Positions 48,613 to 58,194 of a stretch of 64,000 nt of DNA are shown here, one piece after another. Source of the DNA: Squalus acanthias (Eukaryota). The translations under genes were made by a program, and so were the position numbers. Numbering within the stretch: position 1 is the stretch's first letter; each line of letters starts with the position of its first letter. Where the stretch lies: the NCBI GenBank assembly GCA_030390025.1, contig CM059431.1:150290001-150354000 (forward strand), given 5' to 3'. Under the pieces are notes generated by a model. The model was not told where the DNA came from. It saw nothing but the letters and a program-made list of their open reading frames with translations, and did not search any database.

Positions 48613-51200
48613 AAGAGCTTAGGGCCTCGGCAGCTGAAGGCACGGCCGCCAATAGTGGATCGACTAAATTCGGGGGATGCGTAAGAGGCCAGATTTGGAG
48701 GAGCGCAGAGATCTTGCAGGGTTGTAGGGGCTGGAGGAGGTTACAGAGATAGGGAGAGTTGTAGGGGCTGGAGGAGGTTACAGAGATAGGGAGGGTTGTC
48801 GAGCTGGAGGAGGTTACCGAGATAGGGAGGGTTGTAGGGGCTGGAGGAGGTTACAGAGCTAGGGAGGGTTGTAGGGGCTGGAGGAGGCTACAGAGATCTG
48901 GGAGGGTTGTAGGAGGTTACAGAGATAGGGAGGGTTGTAGGGGCTGGAGGAGGTTACAGAGATAGGGAGGGTTGTATGGGCTGGAGGAGGTTACAGAGAT
49001 AGGGAGGCTTGTAGGGCTGGAGGAGGATACAGAGATAGGGAGGGTTGTAGGGGCTGGAGGAGGTTACAGAGATAGGGAGGGTTGTAGGGGCTGGAGGAGG
49101 TTACAGAGATAGGGAGGGTTGTAGGGGCTGGAGGAGGTTACAGAGATAGGGAGGGTTGTAGGGCTGGAGGAGGTTACAGAGATAGGGAGGGGTTGTAGGG
49201 GCTGGAGGAGGTTACAGAGATAGGGAGGGTTGTAGGGGCTGGAGGAGGTTACAGAGATAGGGAGGGTTGTAGGAGGTTACAGAGATAAGGAAGGTTGTAG
49301 GGGCTGGAGGAGGTTACAGAGATAGGGAGGGTTGTAGGGCTGGAGGAGGTTACAGAGATAGGGAGGGTTGTAGGGGCTGGAGGAGGTTACAGAGATAGGG
49401 AGGGTTGTCGGACTGGAGGAGGTTACAGAGCTAGGGAGGGTTGTAGGGGCTGGAGGAGGCTACAGAGATCTGGGAGGGTTGTAGGAGGTTACAGAGATAA
49501 GGAAGGTTGTAGGGGCTGGAGGAGGTTACAGAGATAGGGAGGGTTGTAGGGCTGGAGGAGGTTACAGAGATAGGGAGGGTTGAAGGGGCTGGAGGAGGTT
49601 ACAGTGATAGGGAGGGTTGTCGGACTGGAGGAGGTTACAGAGCTAGGGAGGGTTGTAGGGGCTGGAGGAGGCTACAGAGATCTGGGAGGGTTGTAGGAGG
49701 TTACAGAGATAAGGAAGGTTGTAGGGGCTGGAGGAGGTTACAGAGATAGGGAGGGTTGTAGGGCTGGAGGAGGTTACAGAGATAGGGAGGGTTGTAGGGG
49801 CTGGAGGAGGTTACAGAGATAGGGAGGGTTGTAGGGCTGGAGGAGGTTACAGAGATAGGGAGGGTTGTAGGGCTAGAGGACGTTACAGAGATAGCGAGGG
49901 TTGTAGGGCTGGAGGAGGTTACAGAGATAGGCAGGGTTTAGGGGTGGAGGAGGTTACAGAGATAGGGAGGGTTGTAGGGGCTGGAGGAGGTTACAGAGAT
50001 AGGGAGGGTTGTAGGAGCTGGAGGAGGTTACAGAGATAGGGAGGGTTGGAGGGGCTGGAAGAGGTTACAGAGCTAGGCAGGGGTTGTAGGGGCTGGAGGA
50101 GGTTACAGAGATAGGGAGGGTTGTAGGGGCTGGAGGAGGTTACAGAGATAGGGAGGGTTGTAGGGGCTGGAGGAGGTTACAGAGATAGGGAGGGTTGTAG
50201 GGGCTGGAGGAGTTTACAGAGATAGGGAGGGTTGTAGGGGCTGGAGGAGATTATAGAGATTGGGAGGGTTTGTAGGGGTTGGAGGAGGTTACAGAGATAG
50301 GGAGGGTTGTAGGGGCTGGAGGAGGTTACAGAGATAGGGAGGGTTGTAAGGGCTGGAGGAGGTAACAGAGATAGGGAGGGTTGTAGGGGCTGGAGGAGGT
50401 TACAGAGATAGGGAGGGGTTGTAGGGGCTGGAGGAGGTTACAGAGATAGGGAGGGTTGTACGGGCTGGAGGAGGTTACAGAGATAGGGAGGGTTGTAGGA
50501 TTGGAGGAGGTTACAGAGATAGGGAGGGTTGTAGGGCTGGAGGAGGTTGCAGAGATAGGGAGGGTTGTGGGGGCTGGAGGAGGTTACAGAGATAGGGAGG
50601 GTTGTAGGGGCTGGAGGAGGTTACAGAGATAGGGAGGTTTATAGGGGCTGGAGGAGGTTACAGAGATAGGGAGGGTTGTAGGGGCTGGAGGAGGTTACAG
50701 AGATAGGGAGGGTTGTAGGGGCTGGAGGAGGTTACAGAGATAGGGAGGGGCGAGGGCTGGAGGAGGTTACAGAGATAGGGAGGGTTGTAGGGCTGGAGGA
50801 GGTTACAGAGATAGGGAGGGTTGTAGGGGCTGGAGGAGGTTACAGAGATAGGGAGGGTTGTAGGGGCTGGAGGAGGTTACAGAGATAGGGAGGGTTGTAG
50901 GGCTGGAGGAGGTTACAGAGATAGGGAGGGTTGTAGGGCTGGAGGAGGTTACAGAGATAGGGAGGGTTGTAGGGGCTGGAGGAGGTTACAGAGATAGGGA
51001 GGTTTATAGGGGCTGGAGGAGGTTACAGAGATAGGGAGGTTTATAGGGGCTGGAGGAGTTTACAGAGATAGGGAGGTTTATAGGGGCTGGAGGGGGTTAC
51101 AGAGATAGGGAGGTTTATAGGGGCTGGAGGGGGTTACAGAGATAGGGAGGGGGCGAGGCCATGGAGGGATTTGAAAACAATGATGGGAATCTTAAATTAC
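48613..51200 (-). mobile_element. L2 3' fragment containing a 2.4-kb array of a 37-bp internal unit (48720-51150)
   Basis: Unit TTGTAGGGGCTGGAGGAGGTTACAGAGATAGGGAGGG, about 65 copies; both flanks are collinear L2 sequence (compare 34720-34890). Confidence 0.92.
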
Positions 51201-51827
51201 AGATGAACAGCTTAAAAGGAGCCAGGGGAAAAAAGCAGGTGGGGAAAATAAGAGCGCGAGAGAGAGAGAGGTCTGTGACTGCAGGACAGGAGATGATTAA
51301 ATGACAGAAATACAAGGCAGAAGGAAACAATAAAGAGAAAAATTTGAGAAATAAAAGATGTATGTGGATCCTAGAGAATGTGGTAATGATGACAGCAGCA
51401 GCGTAGTGGTGGAGGGAAGCAGGGGGAAATCTGGAAAAGGCTCCAGTGGGGCTGGATTGTGGTGGAAGTAAAAGGGGTGTGGACTAACCGTACCTGCCGT
51501 GTAACGACAGGGGAACCTCATCCAAGCACCGTCCCACATCCTCTCTCCAATCACATGAGCCTCCTCATCTAATCCCACCAGCATATCCTTCCATTCCTCT
51601 CTCCCTCATGTATTTCTCCAGCTTCCGCTTAAATGCATCGATCCTATTGGCCTCAACCACTCCCTTGTGGTAGCGAGTTCCACATTCTCACCACCCTGTG
51701 GGGAAAGATGCTTCTCCTGAATTAATCCATCACCGGAAAATAAATGGGAAGCTGTGACTAAGTTGTGAACCTGTTTTAAAACCGGGCATCTCTGACACCC
51801 TCTACTTCTGTGTCAGTGTCAGTGTCG

Positions 51828-51993
51828 GCCGTGGCTCAGTGGGTAGCACCCTCGCCTCTGAGTCAGAAGGTCGTGTGTTCATAGTCCCACACCAGTGACT
51901 CGAGCACAAAAATCCACGCTGACACTCCCAGTGCCAGTTTTGAGGGAGTGCTGCACTGTTGGAGGTGCCGTCTTTCCAGATGAGATTTTAAAC
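51828..51993 (+). mobile_element. Deu-SINE 5' part with tRNA-like head (a 3' part lies at 53240-53520)
   Basis: GTGGCTCAGTGGGTAGCAC A-box, degenerate B-box, single unexpanded TGAGGGAGTGCTGCACTGTTGGAGG unit. Confidence 0.78.
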
Positions 51994-52284
51994 AAATCTC
52001 AGTCTTGTAACTAAAACAAATCTCAGTCACTCTCACAATGAGTGCCGACTGGGGTCAGTCAATGTGAGGAGAACGATTGTGACAAAAGGAATGTATGCTT
52101 ATTCATCACATGACTAAGAGGAGGGTGTTACAGGATTACTTCTGTCGATAGCAAATTCAAGATAGCCGTTGGAACAGTAGCATCTACCGAACCCGTGAGT
52201 GCTCCTGATAGCATCTGTTGGTTTGGGAGAAGTCGAGATCTCAAACTCTCTGCAACACTAGTAGTTCACTGGGGATGTTATAAG

Positions 52285-53010
52285 CAAGATTCTAACCACC
52301 TCCCCCTGACATTCAACGGCCATCGCCGAATCCCCCACCATCAACATCCTGGGGGGGTCACCATTGACCAGAAACTTAACTGGACCAGCCACATAAATAA
52401 TGTGGCAACAAGAGCAGTCAGAGGCTGGGTATTCTGCGGCGAGTGTCTCACCTCCTGACTCCCCAAAGCCTTTCCACCATCTACAAGGCGTAAGTCAGGA
52501 GTGTGGTGGAATATTCTCCACTTGCCTGGATAAGTGCAGCTCCAACAACACTCAAGAAGCTCGACACCATCTAGGACAAAGCAGCCACTTGAATGGCACC
52601 CCATCCACCACCTTAAACATCCACTCCCTCCACCACCGGCGTACCGTGGCTGCAGTGTGTACCATCTACAAGATGCCCTGCAGCAACTCGCCAAGGCTTC
52701 TTCGGCAGCACCTCTCAAACCCGCGACCTCTTCCACCTAGAAGGACAAGGGCAGCAGGTGCATGGGAATACCTTCCCCTCCAAGTCACACACTATCCTGA
52801 CTTAGAAGTATATCGCTGATCAATCATCATCGCTGTGTCAAAATCCTGGAACTCCCTACCTAACAGCACTGTGGGAGTACCTTCACCACACGGACTGCAG
52901 CGGTTCAAGACGGCGGCTTACCACCACCTTCTCAAGGGCAATTAGGGATGGGCAATAAATGCTGGCCTTACCAGCGACACCCACATCCCATAAAACAACA
53001 AATAAAAAGA
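52285..53010 (+). mobile_element. 3' fragment of the second LINE lineage
   Basis: GVTIDQKLNWTSHIN...HSLHHRRTVAAVCTIYKM; reverse-complement homologue of 35575-36300. Confidence 0.88.
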
Positions 53011-53589
53011 AAGGGGACAGTAGTTTAGCCCCGCTAACGCTAAATGTCAGTACCTCTCATTATACCATGATAATATCTTATAATAGCTCGGACTCTAGCC
53101 TATTGTGGTGCCGTAACCTACAAGGCTACGGACCAAGAGCTGGAAAGTTGGATTAGGCTGGATAGCTCTTCTTGGGCCGGCACAGTCATGATGGGCCAAA
53201 TGGCCTCCTTCTGTGCTGTAAATTTCTATGATTCTGAAGCGAAGTCTGCCCTTTCAGGTGGACACAAAAGATCCCATGGCACTATTTCGAAGAAGAGCAG
53301 GAGGGAGTTCTCCCCGGTGTCCTGGGGCTAATATTGATCCCTCAACCAACATCACGAACACAGATTATTTGGTCATTATCACATTGCTGTTTGTGGGATC
53401 TTGCTGTGCTCAAATTGGCTGCTGCATTTCCCACAACAGTGACTGCACTTCAAAAGTAATTCATTGGCTCTGAGGTTCTTTGGGACATCCTGAGGTTGCT
53501 ATATAAATGCAAGTCCTTTCATTTGCACCAGGGTTTTATTCTGATTTTACCTCAGGTTGGACATTAGCTGCAGAAGTTTAGCATCAAAG

Positions 53590-54658
53590 GGCTCGCCCCT
53601 TTCTCCGCCCTGATTGACAGCAGCCAATCAACCGTCAGCCCGTCGTTACTTGCCGTCCAATCAGCTGCCCGAAGCCACGTGGGCGGTGTCTGCCACGTCA
53701 CAGGCACCGACATCTCTGGGCGACCGATTGGGCGTCTCGCGGCGCGCGCGGGTGACGCTCATCCGATGACGCGAGCGCCTTGTTAGGATTGACAGCTGCT
53801 ACTATCCAATGCCAAACGCCAACTGGTGCCGGGGAGCCAATGAAAATGCAGGAAGGCGGGCAGCCTCGCTCCACTCCCTTTATTCCGTCACCCGGCCGCT
53901 GGAACGTTTGCGGAAAGCGATGACATCACCCCGGCGCCGCCCCAAAATTACCTTCCTCGTCGCGAGGCTTTTGATTTGATTGACCCGGCGGCGCCGGCCA
54001 ATCGGAGATAAAAGCTGGTGGGGGGGTCAGGCGTGTCACGGGGCCGGTTAGCCAATGGGAGCGCTGCCAGGCTGGCGTTCGGGTCGGGTCGACGATTGAC
54101 AGCGGATGCCGTCCAATGGGAACGGCCGAATGCAGCCGAGGAGCCAATGAAAATGAAAGAAGGCGGGACATTCGGGTGCGATGGAAGGGTGGCGGTGGCG
54201 GTGACCGCGCCCCCTTCCTTTATTACGTCACCGGGCTGCTGGAACGTTTGCGGAAAGCGACGACTTCACCCCCCGCCTCCCTGATTTTGATTGACGGGGC
54301 GGCGCCGGCCAATCGGAGATAAAAGAATGGGCGGGGTCGGGTGAGGGACGGTTCGTCCGGCCAATAGCAGGGCGGAAGCGGCCGGCATCGGTGTTGACGA
54401 GTTGGGCCGGAGGCCGGCCAATGAGAGCGGCCACGGCCAAGAGTAGGGGGCGGGGTTTGGGCACGGCTGGGCTCGGCGTGAGTCGGAGCGGCGGAGACGG
54501 CGACCAAGGCAGGGCCGCGGCTGGAAGGCAGCCACCGGCCGACGGCGACTCAGAGCGGCTCGCGGGCGGGCGGTTGGGGGGACGCCCCGGCGGCCCAGGC
54601 CCAGGCCTCGGACCAGGCCCCGGACCTGACCCGCTCCCTCCTGGGGCCCGGCCCCGCC
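53590..54658 (+). promoter_or_regulatory. CpG-island promoter and 5' UTR of OSBP
   Basis: CpG-rich; about ten CCAAT boxes; repeated GATTGAC motifs; GC boxes; TGCCACGTCA at 53691-53700; directly upstream of GCCGCC-like Kozak ATG. Confidence 0.85.
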
Positions 54659-54783
54659 ATGACGGAGCTCAAGTCGGCGGCGTCCGACACCTACAAGGGC
54701 TGGCTCTTCAAATGGACCAACTACATCAAGGGCTACCAGCGCCGCTGGTTCGTCCTTAGCAACGGGCTGCTGAGCTACTACAG
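54659..54783 (+). CDS. OSBP: OSBP first coding exon ([42 protein letters not shown], start of PH domain)
   Basis: cccgcc[32 protein letters not shown] identical to human OSBP as recalled; GTAGGA donor; adjacency to PATL1 favours OSBP over OSBP2. Confidence 0.93.
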
Positions 54784-54793
54784 GTAGGAGGAG

Positions 54794-54992
54794 GGAGAGT
54801 GTCCTGGGCCTGAGAGAGAGAGAGAGAGAGAGAGTGTGTCCTGGGCCAGAGAGAGAGAGAGAGAGAGTGTGTCCTGGGCCTGAGAGAGAGAGAGAGAGAG
54901 AGTGTGTCCTGGGCCAGAGAGAGAGAGAGAGAGAGAGAGAGTGTGTCCTGGGCCAGAGAGAGAGAGAGAGAGAGAGAGAGTGTGTCCTGGGC

Positions 54993-55027
<35 letters not shown>

Positions 55028-55259
55028 TGTCCTGGGCCAGAGAGAGAGAGAGAGTGTGTGTCCTGGGCCAGAGAGAGAGAGAGAGAGAGAGTGTGTGTCC
55101 TGGGCTAGAGAGAGAGAGAGAGAGAGAGAGTGTGTCCTGGGCCTGAGAGAGAGAGAGAGAGAGAGAGAGTGTGTGTCCTGGGCCTGAGAGAGAGAGAGAG
55201 AGAGAGAGAGTGTGTCCTGGGCCAGAGAGAGAGAGAGAGAGAGAGAGTGTGTCCTGGGC

Positions 55260-55294
<35 letters not shown>

Positions 55295-55337
55295 TGTCCT
55301 GGGCCTGAGAGAGAGAGAGAGAGAGTGTGTCCTGGGC

Positions 55338-55372
<35 letters not shown>

Positions 55373-55647
55373 TGTCCTGGGCCAGAGAGAGAGAGAGAGT
55401 GTGTGTCCTGGGCCAGAGAGAGAGAGAGAGTGTGTGTCCTGGGCCAGAGAGAGAGAGAGAGAGAGTGTGTGTCCTGGGCTAGAGAGAGAGAGAGAGAGAG
55501 AGAGTGTGTCCTGGGCCAGAGAGAGAGAGAGAGAGAGTGTGTGTCCTGGGCTAGAGAGAGAGAGAGAGAGAGTGTGTCCTGGGCCAGAGAGAGAGAGAGA
55601 GAGAGAGTGTCCTGGGCCAGAGAGAGAGAGAGAGAGTGTGTCCTGGG

Positions 55648-55681
<34 letters not shown>

Positions 55682-55897
55682 TGTCCTGGGCCAGAGAGAG
55701 AGAGAGAGTGTGTGTCCTGGGCCAGAGAGAGAGAGAGAGAGAGTGTGTGTCCTGGGCTAGAGAGAGAGAGAGAGAGAGAGAGAGTGTGTCCTGGGCCAGA
55801 GAGAGAGAGAGAGAGAGTGTGTGTCCTGGGCTAGAGAGAGAGAGAGAGAGAGAGTGTGTCCTGGGCCAGAGAGAGAGAGAGAGAGAGTGTCCTGGGC

Positions 55898-55930
<33 letters not shown>

Positions 55931-56309
55931 TGTCCTGGGCCAGAGAGAGAGAGAGTGAGAGTGTGTCCTGGGCCAGAGAGAGAGTGTGTGTCCTGGGCCA
56001 GAGAGAGAGAGAGAGAGTGTCCTGGGCCAGAGAGAGAGAGAGAGAGTGTGTCCTGGGCCAGAGAGAGAGAGAGTGTGTCCTGGGCCAGAGAGAGAGAGAG
56101 AGAGAGAGAGTGTGTCCTGGGCCAGAGAGAGAGAGAGAGAGTGTCCTGGGCCTGAGAGAGAGAGAGTGAGTGTCCTGGGCCTGAGAGAGAGAGAGTGAGA
56201 GTGTGTGTCCTGGGCCCGAGAGAGAGAGTGTCCTGGGCCTGAGAGAGAGAGAGTGAGAGTGTGTGTCCTGGGCCAGAGAGCGAGAGAGAGAGAGAGAGAG
56301 TGTCCTGGG

Positions 56310-56343
<34 letters not shown>

Positions 56344-56420
56344 TGTGTCCTGGGCCAGAGAGAGAGAGAGTGTGTCCTGGGCCAGAGAGAGAGAGAGAGA
56401 GAGAGAGAGAGTGTCCTGGG

Positions 56421-56456
<36 letters not shown>

Positions 56457-56684
56457 TGTGTCCTGGGCCAGAGAGAGAGAGAGAGTGTGTGTCCTGGGCC
56501 AGAGAGAGAGAGTGTGTCCTGGGCCAGAGAGAGAGAGAGAGAGAGAGTGTGTGTCCTGGGCCAGAGAGAGAGAGTGTCCTGGGCCAGAGAGAGAGAGAGT
56601 GTGTGTGTCCTGGGCCAGAGAGAGAGAGAGAGAGAGAGAGTGTGTCCTGGGCCAGAGAGAGAGAGAGAGAGAGTGTGTCCTGGG

Positions 56685-56718
<34 letters not shown>

Positions 56719-57129
56719 TGTCCTGGGCCAGAGAGAGAGAGAGAGAGTGTCCTGGGCCTGAGAGAGAGAGAGTGAGAGTGTGTGTCCTGGGCCAGAGAGC
56801 GAGAGAGAGAGAGAGTGTGTGTCCTGGGCCAGAGAGAGAGAGAGAGTGTGTCCTGGGCCAGAGAGAGAGAGAGAGAGAGAGTGTCCTGGGCCAGAGAGAG
56901 AGAGAGAGAGTGTGTGTGTCCTGGGCCAGAGAGAGAGAGAGAGAGAGAGTGTGTCCTGGGCCAGAGAGAGAGAGAGAGAGAGAGTGTGTCCTGGGCCAGA
57001 GAGAGAGAGAGAGAGAGAGAGTGTCCTGGGCCAGAGAGAGAGAGAGAGAGAGAGTGTGTCCTGGGCCAGAGAGAGAGAGAGAGAGAGTGAGTGTCCTGGG
57101 CCAGAGAGAGAGAGAGAGTGTGTCCTGGG

Positions 57130-57165
<36 letters not shown>

Positions 57166-57740
57166 TGTCCTGGGCCAGAGAGAGAGAGTGTGTCCTGGGC
57201 CAGAGAGAGAGAGTGTGTCCTGGGCCAGAGAGAGAGAGAGAGAGAGTGTGTCCTGGGCCAGAGAGAGAGAGAGAGAGTGTGTCCTGGGCCAGAGAGAGAG
57301 AGAGAGAGTGTGTCCTGGGCCAGAGAGAGAGAGAGAGTGTGTCCTGGGCCAGAGAGAGAGAGAGAGAGTGTGTGTCCTGGGCCAGAGAGAGAGAGAGAGA
57401 GTGTGTCCTGGGCCAGAGAGAGAGAGAGAGTGTGTCCTGGGCCAGAGAGAGAGAGAGAGTGTGTCCTGGGCCAGAGAGAGAGAGAGAGAGAGAGAGTGTG
57501 TCCTGGGCCAGAGAGAGAGAGAGAGTGTGTCCTGGGCCAGAGAGAGAGAGAGAGTGTGTCCTGGGCCAGAGAGAGAGAGAGAGAGTGTGTGTGTGTCCTG
57601 GGCCAGAGAGAGAGAGAGAGTGTGTGTGTGTCCTGGGCCAGAGAGAGAGAGAGAGTGTGTGTCCTGGGCCAGAGAGAGAGAGAGAGAGAGAGTGTGTGTG
57701 TCCTGGGCCAGAGAGAGAGAGAGAGAGTGTGTCCTGGGCG
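54794..57740 (+). repeat. Compound satellite GTGTCCTGGGCC(A/T)G(AG)n
   Basis: Constant core separated by variable-length GA tracts. Confidence 0.97.
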
Positions 57741-57756
57741 TGAGTGTGTATTGGAG

Positions 57757-58192
57757 CCATAACGGCACAGAAGGAGGCCATTCCGCCCATCGAGTCCGTG
57801 CCGGCTCTCTGTAGAGCAATCCAGTCAGTCCCATTCCCCCACTCTGTCCCCGTAGCCCTGCAAGTTTATTTCGCTCAAGTGCCTACCCAGTCTCCCCTTG
57901 AAAACATTGTGTGTCCGCTTCCACCACTTCCGTCGGCAGCGAGTTCCAGCTCCTCGGTACTTGCTGCGTAAAAATTTTTCCTCATGACACCCTGTATCTC
58001 TTGCCCAAAACCTTAAATCTGTGTCCCCTAGTCCTTGTACCATCAACCAGTGGGAACAGACTTTCCCCGTCTAGCCTATCCAAACCTGTCATAATCTTGT
58101 ACACTATCAAATCACTCCTCAACCTCCTTTGCTCTAATGAAAACACATCCAGCTTCTCCAACCTGTCCTTGTAGCTAAGATCCCCCATCCCC
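57757..58192 (-). mobile_element. CR1 3' fragment within the satellite
   Basis: LSYKDRLEKLDVFSLEQRRLRSDLIVYKIM...RTRGHRFKV. Confidence 0.88.
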
Positions 58193-58194
58193 GG

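Noticed and set aside
51828..51895. tRNA gene (also 22020-22085)
   Set aside because: Degenerate tRNA-like heads continuous with SINE bodies; no clean cloverleaf or terminator.
53657..53679. ER-stress element CCAAT-N9-CCACG
   Set aside because: Spacer is 13 nt rather than the required 9.
54391..54759. 122-aa Gly/Pro-rich ORF as the OSBP N-terminal extension
   Set aside because: Out of frame with the PH-domain codons; its ATG at 54421 overlaps a CCAAT box in the promoter.
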